From Candidatus Omnitrophota bacterium (GTDB lineage Bacteria; Omnitrophota; Gorgyraeia; Zapsychrales; JANLHA01), in assembly GCA_963662715.1 (NCBI GenBank), contig OY759724.1, positions 1,380,001 through 1,412,000 of the forward strand: 32,000 bases of DNA, read 5' to 3'. Below the pieces are notes generated by a model. It was not told the DNA's origin. It saw only the letters and a list, made by a program, of their open reading frames with translations, and ran no database searches. The translations under genes and the position numbers were made by a program. This document shows positions 13,998 through 23,959 of this stretch, piece after piece; positions within the stretch are counted from its first letter, which is position 1; each line of letters opens with the position of its first letter.

Positions 13998-16900
13998 ATG
14001 AACAGTGATTTGACAATGAAAAAGCAAGGCCTTTATGATCCCTTCTTTGAACATGACAGTTGCGGGGTGGGGTTTGTGGTCAATGTGAAAGGGCAGAAAA
14101 CCCATGAAATCGTCAGGAATGGCATTCAGATTCTCGAGAACTTAACTCATAGAGGGGCAACAGGATGTGATCCTAATACAGGAGACGGGGCCGGCCTGCT
14201 TATTCAAATTCCGGATGCTTTTTTCAGGAAAGAATGCGCTGAAATTCAGATTGATCTGCCTCCTTTGGGTGATTATGGTGTCGGGAACGTTTTTCTACCG
14301 ACCAATTTAGAATCCCGCAACATTATGGAGGAATGGACCGAAAAGCTTATTTATGAAGAAGGTCAGCGATTTTTGGGGTGGAGGGAAGTCCCCCGGGATA
14401 ACAAGAAAATAGGCCATGTAGCGCGCTCTGTTGAACCTGCCATTAAGCAGCTTTTTATCGGCCGGGGCCCAAAGACCTCTCCGGAAGCCTTTGAGTTGAA
14501 ATTATACGTTATCCGCAAGCGTCTTTATAATAAAGTCCGAGCCTCTGATCTTGAACAGAAAAAATATTATTATTTTTGCAGTTTGAGCCATAAAACAATT
14601 GTTTACAAAGGCCAGCTCATGGCTGAACAATTGAATGATTATTATCGGGATTTGACAGACCAGGCCATGGTTTCAGCTTTAGCGCTTGTTCACTCCCGCT
14701 ACAGCACCAATACGTTTCCCACCTGGGATTTAGCTCACCCGTTCCGTATTCTTGCTCATAATGGAGAAATCAATACCCTAAGAGGCAATATTAACTGGAT
14801 GAATACCCGGGAGCAGCAGTTTGTTTCCGAGGCTTTTGGCGATGATATCAAGAAAATTCTTTCTATTTGTATGCCTCATGGCAGTGATTCGGCTAACTTT
14901 GACAATGCTCTGGAATTTTTAACTCTTGCCGGAAGATCATTGCCTCATGCCGTTATGATGATGATTCCCGAAGCCTGGAGCGGGCATGAGAGCATGCCGG
15001 AAGAAAAGAAAGCTTTTTATGAATACCATTCGTGTTTGATGGAGCCTTGGGACGGTCCGGCATCGATCGCTTTTACGGACGGCCGGTATATCGGGGCTGT
15101 CCTGGACCGCAACGGGTTGCGTCCGTCACGGTACTGGGTCACGAAAGATGATGTTGTCATTATGGCCTCAGAAACAGGTGTTATGGATGTCCCTCCGGAG
15201 AATGTCAAGATTAAGGGGCGTCTGCAGCCGGGCAAGATGTTTCTTGTTGATACGGAGCAGGGGCGCATTATCGATGATGCTGAGCTGAAACATGAATATG
15301 CCAACCGGAAACCTTATGCTCAATGGCTTAAGGAGCAGGTTGTTGACCTTCAGTCCCTTCCTCAGCCGAAAAAAGTTTTTGGCTTTGATGAGCAGAAATT
15401 GCTGGAACGTCAGCGGGCCTTCGGGTACACTTTGGAAGATTTAAAATTGATCCTGGAGTCTATGGCCATTCACGGTGTCGAGGCTACAGGGGCCATGGGG
15501 GCGGATACGCCGTTAGCTGTTTTAAGCCGGCGGCCGCAGCTGTTATTCCATTATTTTAAACAATTGTTTGCCCAGGTGACGAACCCTCCGGTGGACGCCA
15601 TTCGTGAAGAAGTCGTTATGGCCGAGGATGTCATGCTGGGCCCGGAAGGGAACCTTTTGGAGGAGACGAAAGAGCATTGTCACCGGTTAAGGTTAAAGCG
15701 CCCGATATTAACCAACACGGAATTGGAAAAAATACGCAACGTCAATACCGGAGAGTTAAAATCATGTACGCTTTCGACTTTATTTGAATCCAGGGCCGGA
15801 GCCGAAGGGCTTGAGCCGGCATTAGACAGCCTCTTTGCCCAGGCGGATGACGCTATTCAGCAGGGCTCTTCCATCTTGATTCTTTCTGACCGCTCGATGG
15901 ACCGGGAGCATGTTCCCATGCCGTCTCTTTTAGCTTGTGCCGGACTGCATCATCATCTGATTCGCCGGGGAACGCGCACCAAGGTCAGCCTGGTGCTGGA
16001 AACCGGGGAGGCGCGGGAAATGCATCATTTTGCGGTCTTAATCGGATACGGAGCCAATGCCGTTAATCCTTATCTGGCTTTTGAAACCGTTGAGAACGAG
16101 GTTCGCCAGGGCCGGTTTCCTTCGGATATGACGGTTGATCAGGCGATTAAGAATTATTTGAAATCAACCCGGAAGGGGTTGTTTAAAATTTTGTCCAAGA
16201 TGGGCATTTCTACAATTCAGTCTTATTGCGGCGCACAGATTTTTGAGGCCGTAGGCCTCGGGGAGGAATTGATTCATAAATATTTTACCGCAACGCCTTC
16301 GAGGATCGGCGGGGTTGGACTCCAGGAGATCGCGCAGGAAATGATCGAGCGGCATCAGTACGCTTATCCGCAAGGCAATAGTTATGACGGCATGCTGGAT
16401 GTCGGAGGATTTTATCAATGGCGGGAAGGCGGAGAACATCATCAATGGAATCCGGAAACAGTGGCTTTGCTGCAGTTCGCCGTGCGCAGCGGTGATTATA
16501 ATATCTATAAGAAATATGCGAAACTGATCAACTCCCAGGAAACGAACCTGGCGTCTATCCGGGGTTTGCTGAAATTCAAAAAAGGGAACCCCATACCGGT
16601 TGATGAGGTTGAGCCTGCCTCTGAAATTCTGAAGCGTTTTGCAACAGGGGCGATGAGTTACGGTTCGATTTCCAAAGAGGCCCACGAGACTTTGGCCGTG
16701 GCCATGAACCGTCTGGGAGGATTTTCGAATACCGGTGAAGGCGGGGAAGATCCGGAAAGGTTCAAGCCTCTGCCCAACGGCGATTTAAAGCGCAGCCGTA
16801 TTAAACAGGTTGCCCAGGGACGGTTCGGAGTCACCATCGAGTATTTGGTTAATTCAGACCAGATGCAGATTAAAATGGCGCAGGGGGCTAAACCCGGCGA

Positions 16901-18566
16901 GGGAGGCCAGTTGCCCGGCCATAAAGTCAGCAAAGCGATTGCCAAAACGCGCTACACGACCCCGGGGGTCGGGCTTATCTCTCCGCCTCCGCATCACGAT
17001 ATTTATTCGATTGAAGATCTGGCCCAGCTGATTTATGACTTGAAAAACGCGAATTGTCATGCTGATGTGTCGGTCAAGCTTGTTTCGGAAATCGGTGTCG
17101 GAACCATTGCGGCCGGGGTATCCAAGGGGAAGGCAGATCATCTGCTGATCAGCGGGTTTGAAGGCGGGACAGGGGCTTCTCCTCAGACATCGATCAAAAA
17201 TGCCGGGTTGCCCGTGGAGCTCGGTATCGCCGAAACGCAGCAGGTTCTTGTTATGAATGACCTGCGCGGACGTATCCGCGTGCAGGTCGACGGCCAGATG
17301 AAAACCGGCCGGGATGTCATTATTGCCGGAATGCTCGGGGCGGATGAGTTCGGTTTTTCCACGGCCGCGCTCATAACGATGGGGTGCATCATGCTGCGGA
17401 AATGTCATCTCAATACATGCTCGGTGGGGGTTGCCACCCAGGATCCGGAACTGCGGAAACGTTTTTCCGGAAAACCGGAGCATGTGGTGAACTTTTTTAA
17501 GTTTGTTGCCGAGGAAGTCAGGGAAATCATGGCCGAACTGGGTTTCCGTAAATTTGAGGACCTGATCGGGCAGGTGAATATGCTGCAGACGCAGGACGTT
17601 ATTGACCATTGGAAAGCCAGAGGCATTGACCTGACGCATGTCTTGCATAAACCGGACGTCCCCCGGCACATTGCCGTGCGTCACGCAGGGAAACAACAGC
17701 ATGCTCTGGAAAAGGCTTTGGACAACCGGCTGATCGAGAGCAGCCGGGATGCCATAGAAGACAAGAAGGTTGTAAAATTTGATTCTCAGATCAGGAATAT
17801 TCACCGCACTGTCGGCACTATGCTCAGCGCGGAGATCGCCCGTCGCTACGGTTTGGCGGGGTTGCCGGAAGATACGATTCAGATCACCTTTTTCGGTTCC
17901 GCCGGACAGAGTTTCGGCGCCTGGTTGTCACGGGGCGTGACCTTCAGGCTGGAAGGGGATTCTAACGATTATCTGGGGAAAGGATTGTCAGGAGGAAAGA
18001 TTGTTGTTTATCCTCCCAAGGGATCAAGCTTTGTGCCGGAAGAAAATATTCTGATCGGCAATGTGGTCTTGTACGGCGCGATCTGCGGTGAAGCCTATTT
18101 CCGCGGGGTGGCCGGCGAACGTTTTGCTGTCCGCAACAGCGGAGCGCGGGCTGTTGTGGAAGGCATCGGGGACCACGGATGTGAATATATGACCGGCGGA
18201 CGCATTGTTGTCCTGGGGCCGACGGGACGGAATTTTGCCGCCGGGATGAGCGGCGGTATCGCCTATGTCTGGGACCGTGACGGCGACTTTGACGTCCGGT
18301 GCAATACTGGGATGGTTCAGCTGTTCCCGGTCGAAGAACCAGGGGATATTCAAGAATTGAAAACCCTGATTGAAAATCACGCCCGTTATACGGACAGCGC
18401 CGTGGCCCGTGATGTTCTGGACCGGTGGGAGGAAGCGCTGCCGCAGTTTGTTAAGGTTTATCCTGAAGATTACCGCCGGGTGTTGGAAGAGGCCAGGCAG
18501 GCGGCTCAGTTTCCCGATGAGGATGAAGCCGTGGGGTATGATCCGGCGACCAGGGAAGGAAACTGA
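13998..18566 (+). CDS. gltB: Glutamate synthase large subunit
   Basis: 1522 aa. It has the Ntn amidotransferase start ..[11 protein letters not shown].., the central and FMN-binding domains (..[10 protein letters not shown].., ..[12 protein letters not shown]..), the Cys cluster [13 protein letters not shown], and the C-terminal GXGXG-repeat domain. Confidence 0.97.
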   Translation: MNSDLTMKKQGLYDPFFEHDSCGVGFVVNVKGQKTHEIVRNGIQILENLTHRGATGCDPNTGDGAGLLIQIPDAFFRKECAEIQIDLPPLGDYGVGNVFLPTNLESRNIMEEWTEKLIYEEGQRFLGWREVPRDNKKIGHVARSVEPAIKQLFIGRGPKTSPEAFELKLYVIRKRLYNKVRASDLEQKKYYYFCSLSHKTIVYKGQLMAEQLNDYYRDLTDQAMVSALALVHSRYSTNTFPTWDLAHPFRILAHNGEINTLRGNINWMNTREQQFVSEAFGDDIKKILSICMPHGSDSANFDNALEFLTLAGRSLPHAVMMMIPEAWSGHESMPEEKKAFYEYHSCLMEPWDGPASIAFTDGRYIGAVLDRNGLRPSRYWVTKDDVVIMASETGVMDVPPENVKIKGRLQPGKMFLVDTEQGRIIDDAELKHEYANRKPYAQWLKEQVVDLQSLPQPKKVFGFDEQKLLERQRAFGYTLEDLKLILESMAIHGVEATGAMGADTPLAVLSRRPQLLFHYFKQLFAQVTNPPVDAIREEVVMAEDVMLGPEGNLLEETKEHCHRLRLKRPILTNTELEKIRNVNTGELKSCTLSTLFESRAGAEGLEPALDSLFAQADDAIQQGSSILILSDRSMDREHVPMPSLLACAGLHHHLIRRGTRTKVSLVLETGEAREMHHFAVLIGYGANAVNPYLAFETVENEVRQGRFPSDMTVDQAIKNYLKSTRKGLFKILSKMGISTIQSYCGAQIFEAVGLGEELIHKYFTATPSRIGGVGLQEIAQEMIERHQYAYPQGNSYDGMLDVGGFYQWREGGEHHQWNPETVALLQFAVRSGDYNIYKKYAKLINSQETNLASIRGLLKFKKGNPIPVDEVEPASEILKRFATGAMSYGSISKEAHETLAVAMNRLGGFSNTGEGGEDPERFKPLPNGDLKRSRIKQVAQGRFGVTIEYLVNSDQMQIKMAQGAKPGEGGQLPGHKVSKAIAKTRYTTPGVGLISPPPHHDIYSIEDLAQLIYDLKNANCHADVSVKLVSEIGVGTIAAGVSKGKADHLLISGFEGGTGASPQTSIKNAGLPVELGIAETQQVLVMNDLRGRIRVQVDGQMKTGRDVIIAGMLGADEFGFSTAALITMGCIMLRKCHLNTCSVGVATQDPELRKRFSGKPEHVVNFFKFVAEEVREIMAELGFRKFEDLIGQVNMLQTQDVIDHWKARGIDLTHVLHKPDVPRHIAVRHAGKQQHALEKALDNRLIESSRDAIEDKKVVKFDSQIRNIHRTVGTMLSAEIARRYGLAGLPEDTIQITFFGSAGQSFGAWLSRGVTFRLEGDSNDYLGKGLSGGKIVVYPPKGSSFVPEENILIGNVVLYGAICGEAYFRGVAGERFAVRNSGARAVVEGIGDHGCEYMTGGRIVVLGPTGRNFAAGMSGGIAYVWDRDGDFDVRCNTGMVQLFPVEEPGDIQELKTLIENHARYTDSAVARDVLDRWEEALPQFVKVYPEDYRRVLEEARQAAQFPDEDEAVGYDPATREGN

Positions 18567-18671
18567 ACACGGCATTGATTGTGCCCGCGGGGGGTATGAT
18601 TAGGGGGCTGTCCTGTTTGAGAGAGTCGTGGAATAAAAATGATAAAAGAAAGATTTTTGAGGTAAGGAATC

Positions 18672-20114
18672 ATGGGTGACGTTAGAGGCTTTATGAAATA
18701 CGACCGGCAGGACCTGACCGATGAAGCGGTCGAAACAAGACTGAAACATTGGCAGGAGTTTCATGAACATATTTCCGAGGAGGACCTGCGCCGTCAGGGA
18801 GCCCGTTGCATGGATTGCGGGATTCCTTTCTGTCATTGGGGCTGTCCCATTAGTAATATTGTTCCTGATTGGAATGACTTGGTTTTTAACGGCCGCTGGG
18901 AAGAGGCTTTGGAGCGTCTGCATAAGACCAATAATTTTCCGGAGTTTACCGGTCGCGTTTGTCCTGCGCCTTGCGAATGTTCCTGCACTTTGGGTATTAA
19001 CCGGGATCCGGTGACGATTAAAAATATTGAATTTTCGATCATTGAGAAAGCCTATGAAAGCGGAACCGTTCAGCCGTGTCCTCCGTCGTTCAGAACCGGG
19101 AAAAAGGTTGCGGTGGTCGGGGCAGGGCCGGCCGGTTTGGCCTGTGCCGATCAGTTGAACAAAATGGGGCATCTTGTAACCGTTTATGAAAAAAATGAAC
19201 GTGTCGGTGGCTTGCTGGCCTTCGGCATCCCTGATTTTAAGCTTGAAAAAAGCGTTATTGCCCGGCGCGTCCAGCGTATGAATGACGAGGGGGTCGTTTT
19301 TAAGGCCGGAGTGCATGTCGGAAAAGATGTCGCAGCCAAGGATCTTCTCAGCTCTTTTGATGCTGTGGTGCTTTGCGGAGGCGCTGAGCAGCCGCGGGAC
19401 CTGGCTGTGCCTGGCCGGGAATTGAACGGGATTCATTTTGCTATGGATTTCTTGTCCCAGCAAAACCGCGTGAACCAGGGCGTTAAAATAAAACCTGCAG
19501 AGCGGATATCGGCTCAGAATAAAAAAGTGCTGGTTATCGGAGGAGGAGATACGGGGTCTGACTGTATCGGAACGTCGAACCGGCATGGAGCGACACGGGT
19601 CAGAAATTTTGAGTTGCTGCCCCGGCCTCCGAAAGAAAGAGCGGACGATAATCCCTGGCCTTACTGGGCTTTTATCGAACGGACGTCTTCGTCGCATGAG
19701 GAAGGATGCGACCGGGAATTTGCCGTGATGACCAAAAAATTTTCCGGGAAGAACGGTGTCGTGAATAAAGCGCATGCTGTCCGTCTGGAATTCGGCCCGA
19801 AGGACCCTCAAACGGGCCGCAGGCCCATGAAGGAAATCCCGGGTTCTGATTTTGAAATAGAAGCGGATCTGGTTTTGTTGGCTATGGGCTTCCTGGGGCC
19901 GGTCAAAACAGGGATGCTGGAGGAATTGAATGTTGTGCTTGATGAGCGGGGAAACGTCAAGACAGATTCCAGCCGGATGACAAATGTGCCCGGCGTTTTT
20001 GCCGCCGGAGATATGCGGCGGGGGCAGTCTCTTGTTGTCTGGGCCATTCATGAAGGCCGCTTTACGGCCGAAGGCGTCAACAAGTATCTTCTTTCCTCCC
20101 CGGGTGCCGTATAA
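18672..20114 (+). CDS. gltD: Glutamate synthase small subunit (NAD(P)H-dependent)
   Basis: GAGGTAAGG SD. It has the Fe-S motifs CMDCGIPFCHWGCP and CPAPCECSC, and dinucleotide folds VAVVGAGPAGLA and VLVIGGGDTGSDC. Confidence 0.95.
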   Translation: MGDVRGFMKYDRQDLTDEAVETRLKHWQEFHEHISEEDLRRQGARCMDCGIPFCHWGCPISNIVPDWNDLVFNGRWEEALERLHKTNNFPEFTGRVCPAPCECSCTLGINRDPVTIKNIEFSIIEKAYESGTVQPCPPSFRTGKKVAVVGAGPAGLACADQLNKMGHLVTVYEKNERVGGLLAFGIPDFKLEKSVIARRVQRMNDEGVVFKAGVHVGKDVAAKDLLSSFDAVVLCGGAEQPRDLAVPGRELNGIHFAMDFLSQQNRVNQGVKIKPAERISAQNKKVLVIGGGDTGSDCIGTSNRHGATRVRNFELLPRPPKERADDNPWPYWAFIERTSSSHEEGCDREFAVMTKKFSGKNGVVNKAHAVRLEFGPKDPQTGRRPMKEIPGSDFEIEADLVLLAMGFLGPVKTGMLEELNVVLDERGNVKTDSSRMTNVPGVFAAGDMRRGQSLVVWAIHEGRFTAEGVNKYLLSSPGAV

Positions 20115-20146
20115 TTCCCTCTCGTTATTTCCATTCTCTGAGAGTC

Positions 20147-20175
20147 AATCCCCGCAGCTTGCGGCGGGGATTTCT
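20147..20175 (+). terminator. Weak terminator-like hairpin after gltD
   Basis: A 9-bp stem AAUCCCCGC (20147-20155) / GCGGGGAUU (20164-20172). Only a short U stretch follows. Confidence 0.35.
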
Positions 20176-20247
20176 GGAAGGCTTCCTTTCTTAGCCAGGT
20201 CGGTGATGGTTTAATAAAATATTTGCATTCATATGATATTGCGTCAT

Positions 20248-20285
20248 AATAAGGACAGATTGGCCTCAATCTGTCCTTATTTATT
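20248..20285 (+). terminator. Intrinsic terminator closing the gltBD unit
   Basis: A perfect 14-bp stem AAUAAGGACAGAUU (20248-20261) / AAUCUGUCCUUAUU (20268-20281) with loop GGCCUC and a U-rich tail. Confidence 0.6.
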
Positions 20286-20395
20286 GAATAATCATTTAAA
20301 GAACAGCACCTTATCTCTCGTAAAAGGGTAGAAGGCATGATAGGTTTTATCGTATCGGGTTCTTGTTAATGAGTTGGCCTACGAAGGAGGGGAGT

Positions 20396-20887
20396 ATGAA
20401 GAAGTGTTTTTTTGTGGCCGGAATTTTGCTGTGTTTTCTGGGCTGTGATCAAAAAAAGGAAGTGAAGATAGAAATTCCTCCGGCAGCGGAACCGACACCG
20501 CCGGCTCCGGCCGCAGATAAATACCTGAATAGCGGAGTGCAATATCTGCAGCAGGCCAAGGTGCCGGAAGCTATTAAAAGTTTTGACGAGGCGATTAAAA
20601 GCAATCCTGTTGATCCGCGTCCCTACATGCTCCTCGGGCAGACATATATGCGTATCAATGATTACACCCGCGCTGTTGACACTTTTTCAGCGGCGTTGCG
20701 GGTTTCTCCCAACAAGGGCGAACTTTATTATTTGATAGCCGTGAACCAGGGGTTGGCGGGAGACATGGAATTGGCCGCCAAAAACGCGGAGGCGAGTGCC
20801 GAGATTTTTCGTCAACAGAAGGATGAAAAGAACTTTTTGCGAGCGCTGACGCTTCTGCAGAGTTTATCGCAAGAGCAGAAGGAATAA
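20396..20887 (+). CDS. TPR-repeat lipoprotein
   Basis: The start is set at ATG 20396 (GAAGGAGGGG upstream). Lipoprotein signal MKKCFFVAGILLCFLGC with a lipobox-like LGC. TPR-like repeats follow (..AIKSFDEAIKSNP.., ..AVDTFSAALRVSP..). Confidence 0.7.
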   Translation: MKKCFFVAGILLCFLGCDQKKEVKIEIPPAAEPTPPAPAADKYLNSGVQYLQQAKVPEAIKSFDEAIKSNPVDPRPYMLLGQTYMRINDYTRAVDTFSAALRVSPNKGELYYLIAVNQGLAGDMELAAKNAEASAEIFRQQKDEKNFLRALTLLQSLSQEQKE

Positions 20888-20909
20888 CCTTTTTATTGAG
20901 AGTCTGAGA

Positions 20910-21362
20910 ATGAAGGCCGTTACGTCCATCCTTGTTGTTTTGATTCCGGTAGCGCTGGTCCTTTTCCCTTCCTCCGTTATCCGGGCCGAAGAAGATGTTG
21001 ATTTGCAGGAGGCGTTGTATAATATCCGTTTGAAGCAGGAGGAGATTCGGGAAATTTATTTTGAAGAAAAGAAAAGGCTCGAACAGGAATTACAGACACA
21101 GCTGGAAAAATATCCTGACGATAGAAGAGACGGAGAAAAACGCCGGCAGCTGATTTCGGAATATCAGAAAAAACAGGAAAATTTAAAAACCGCCTATCAG
21201 AAGGTCATGCAGGATTATATCGATAAAATCAATCAACTCAAAGTGGCTTCCGGCGGGTATTCAGATAATGTGAAAACCATTCAAATGCTCCGGCCGCCCC
21301 CGCCGCCTCCCTGCCCCGACACTTTGGCCGAGAGGATTCGGTTGAAAATGCAGTGTAAATGA
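20910..21362 (+). CDS. Secreted coiled-coil protein, unknown function
   Basis: Signal peptide MKAVTSILVVLIPVALVLFPSSVIRA, then a charged E/K/Q-rich helical region, then a PPPPPPCP stretch. Confidence 0.55.
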   Translation: MKAVTSILVVLIPVALVLFPSSVIRAEEDVDLQEALYNIRLKQEEIREIYFEEKKRLEQELQTQLEKYPDDRRDGEKRRQLISEYQKKQENLKTAYQKVMQDYIDKINQLKVASGGYSDNVKTIQMLRPPPPPPCPDTLAERIRLKMQCK

Positions 21363-21381
21363 GCTTTGTTTTCTTTCGCCT

Positions 21382-21711
21382 ATGAAGAATTTCTCAGGAA
21401 ACATTTTTTCACAGCTGCCCCGAAAAAATACGGAAGAGGTTTTTCATGATCTGTTGAAGAGTGACAGCACGCATCTGGAGAGGATCGTTTCTTTTGGGCA
21501 AAAAACACCTCCCGGAGAATGGCTGACTCAAGATCATCATGAATGGGTTATGGTTTTACAGGGGCAGGCCTGCTTGCTGATACAGGGCTGTGACGATGCC
21601 TATCGAATGTCTCCCGGAGATTACCTTCTGATCCCTCGCGGACAGGCTCACCGTGTAGAATGGACAGATCCTCATCAGGAAACCATTTGGCTGGCACTGC
21701 ACTATTTATGA
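21382..21711 (+). CDS. Cupin-domain protein
   Basis: 109 aa with a cupin-like core ..GEWLTQDHHEWVMVLQGQA...PGDYLLIPRGQAHRVEW... Its stop overlaps the lnt start (ATGA). Confidence 0.6.
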   Translation: MKNFSGNIFSQLPRKNTEEVFHDLLKSDSTHLERIVSFGQKTPPGEWLTQDHHEWVMVLQGQACLLIQGCDDAYRMSPGDYLLIPRGQAHRVEWTDPHQETIWLALHYL

Positions 21712-23222
21712 TGCGGATGCTTTTTTTATCTGTTATTCTGGGGCTTTTGTCTTTTCCCAACCCGCTTTCCCTTTCCGGTTTCTGGCCGGCAGCCTGGATT
21801 TTTGCCGTCCCCCTCTTTTTTTCTCTTGAACGCCCGGGAAGTTTTTCGCAAAGAGTTGTGAAAGGCTGTTTTTATGGCTTTGGCTTTTATGCCCTGCTGG
21901 TCAACTGGTTTATTCCTTATAGCCTGAAAGGCTATCTTTTTTTTGTCGTTTTATTGAGCTTACAGCCGGTTTTATTCGCGGCCTTTTTCCCTCCCCCTCT
22001 GAAAAATGATATTTTTAAACTTGTATACTGGCCGGCTCTCTGGGTCGCCAGCGAATATGTGAGGCAGCTTTTTATGCGGGGATTTTCCTGGAATTTGGGA
22101 TATTCGCAGACGTTTAATATCAATATTCTGCAGTGGGCCGGCATGGTGGGGGCATACGGGATATCTTTTTTTCTTATTCTGTGCAATACATGTCTGTATT
22201 TATATGTCCGGAACCGTAAGGCCAGAAAATTCCTCGGGCTGTTTATTTTGCTGACCTGTTTGGCCTGGATCGGCGGGGCAGGGCTGCAGTGTTCCTCGTC
22301 CTTGAAAACAACGGGGAACTCGCGGTCTTCCTTTAAAGTGGCGGCTGTCCAGCCGCTGACCGACCCTCAGAAAAAAATGGACCCCTGGAACATGAAAGAG
22401 ATCATTGCCCGGCAGATTTCCCTGACGGAAGCGCGTCTTGAGAAAGACCAGGTGTCGTTGATCTTGTGGCCGGAAACGGCTATTCCCTTTGATGTCCGTG
22501 AGGATGAATTATTGTTGCAACGCATCACGGATCTTTGCCGAAGGAAAAATGCCGGATTATTAACCGGTATGTCGTGGTATGAAGAAGATGTCCTTTTTAA
22601 CGGTGTTGTCTGGATCCCGCCGGCTGGTCAAGCGAAAATTATTTATCGAAAGAATTACCTGGTTCCCTTCAGCGAATATGCCCCCTGGGCCGGAATGCCC
22701 GGCCGGTTTCTTCAAAGACTGCTGGGGCCCCCGTTATATGCTTTTACGGCCGGAAAGGATCTGGGAATTTTTTCTTTGCAGAAGATCCATCCTTTGGCCG
22801 CCGGGGTTTTAGGGGTCGCGATTTGTTCCGAGGATAGTATAGGCGCGTATTTTCGTGAGTATGGAAAAAGAGGCGCCGGGCTGATCGTTTTGTTTTTGAA
22901 TGATGCCTGGTTCAAAGACCGCAGGGCTTTGGTTCAGCATATGCAGAATTCTATTATGCGGGCCGTTGAAAATCGACGGCCGGTTTTGAGAGTCGCCAAC
23001 AGCGGATGGACAGGCGTCATTGACGCGCAGGGCCATTTTTACGCCGCTTCTTCTTTGGAAATGCAGGAGCGGGACGTGGGGATTTTTGAAATAACCCCTG
23101 TGGGATATAAATCATTGTATTCAATTATTGGAGACTCTTTTTGCATTATGTCGATGGGCTTTGTTATAATAAGCCAATTATTATTTTTTATCCGGAGAAA
23201 AGGTCGGGGGGTGAACAGGTGA
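21708..23222 (+). CDS. lnt: Apolipoprotein N-acyltransferase
   Basis: The start is set at ATG 21708, a 4-nt ATGA overlap with the cupin gene. It has an N-terminal polytopic membrane region and then a CN-hydrolase domain (FKVAAVQP.., LILWPETAIP, YRKNYLVPFSEY, VAICSED). Confidence 0.85.
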   Translation: MMRMLFLSVILGLLSFPNPLSLSGFWPAAWIFAVPLFFSLERPGSFSQRVVKGCFYGFGFYALLVNWFIPYSLKGYLFFVVLLSLQPVLFAAFFPPPLKNDIFKLVYWPALWVASEYVRQLFMRGFSWNLGYSQTFNINILQWAGMVGAYGISFFLILCNTCLYLYVRNRKARKFLGLFILLTCLAWIGGAGLQCSSSLKTTGNSRSSFKVAAVQPLTDPQKKMDPWNMKEIIARQISLTEARLEKDQVSLILWPETAIPFDVREDELLLQRITDLCRRKNAGLLTGMSWYEEDVLFNGVVWIPPAGQAKIIYRKNYLVPFSEYAPWAGMPGRFLQRLLGPPLYAFTAGKDLGIFSLQKIHPLAAGVLGVAICSEDSIGAYFREYGKRGAGLIVLFLNDAWFKDRRALVQHMQNSIMRAVENRRPVLRVANSGWTGVIDAQGHFYAASSLEMQERDVGIFEITPVGYKSLYSIIGDSFCIMSMGFVIISQLLFFIRRKGRGVNR

Positions 23223-23902
23223 AGGTCTGGTGTCTTTTGATGCCCGCAATAATTCTTTTTTTTCAGCCGGCTTTCTGCGAAGCTGGAGGTGTCGCTGCCC
23301 GGCAGCAATCCGGAGTGCAGGTGCGTAGACAAGTTCAGATAGATTCGTCTTCTATTGACCGGCCGGGCGTTTGGCCGACGCCAAAGCCTGAAATTCCGGC
23401 AACAGAAGAGACAGAAAAGGCCCCTGAGCCCACGCCTTCTCCGGTTTCCCGGGTCCCCTCCAGGGTCAGTCAAGTATTGGTCAGTTCTCCCCGGGGAGGG
23501 CAGTCTTCCCTGGTCGGGCAACAGGGGCAGCTTTCAGACTCTTCTGCGATAACCGTCGAGGAAAGCCTTGCCCAGCTTTTAGCGATTCTTGATCAGTCAA
23601 GTGAAATGTGGTTGAAGATAGATGATGTGAATTATAAAATTCTCGTTGTTTCCAAATATATTGATTCTTACCGGCAGCAAAAGATTATTATCCGCAAGCC
23701 GCCGGATTATTATGCCCAGTTTATCACATCCATGGGGCAGGGGAACCCGGCTCTTTTGTCCCGGCCGTTTGCAGACGTTTTGAAATTCGCGGCGATTATG
23801 GAATATGATTTTGAAAACGGCCAGGACAAGGATCATCTTGCGCAAATGGTGCTTGGCCGTGACATGTATTTGGTCAATAGAAAAAGATTGGGCTTGCCTT
23901 GA
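23219..23902 (+). CDS. Secreted protein, paralogue A of an uncharacterised about 110-aa C-terminal domain
   Basis: GTG 23219 overlaps the lnt stop (GTGA); ATG 23240 is an alternative start. It has a signal-like N-terminus ..CLLMPAIILFFQPAFCEA, a Pro/Ser/Thr-rich linker, and a C-terminal domain ending ..EYDFENGQDKD..VLG...NRKRLGLP, which it shares with 25737..26381. Confidence 0.6.
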   Translation: MKVWCLLMPAIILFFQPAFCEAGGVAARQQSGVQVRRQVQIDSSSIDRPGVWPTPKPEIPATEETEKAPEPTPSPVSRVPSRVSQVLVSSPRGGQSSLVGQQGQLSDSSAITVEESLAQLLAILDQSSEMWLKIDDVNYKILVVSKYIDSYRQQKIIIRKPPDYYAQFITSMGQGNPALLSRPFADVLKFAAIMEYDFENGQDKDHLAQMVLGRDMYLVNRKRLGLP

Positions 23903-23959
23903 GTCCATTTCATGCGACTCTCATGCCCTTGGCCTGTGTGTGGGCTAGCAGAGTCTTAA

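Noticed and set aside
16854-17804. 316-aa ORF on the minus strand (and similar ones at 16164..16685 and 18024..18575)
   Set aside because: These are antisense shadows inside gltB. No domain features are visible, and the plus-strand gene is strongly supported along its full length.
18600-20051. 483-aa ORF on the minus strand
   Set aside because: It lies entirely antisense to gltD, whose Fe-S and dinucleotide-binding motifs are unmistakable. The antisense translation is Arg/Pro/Ser-rich with no recognisable motif, so it is a shadow ORF.
20226-20254. TTGCAT-17-ATAATA promoter-like element after gltD
   Set aside because: Its -10 overlaps the left arm of the strong 14-bp terminator hairpin, and nothing plausible lies downstream before the next gene's own signals. 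It is likely a chance AT-rich match.
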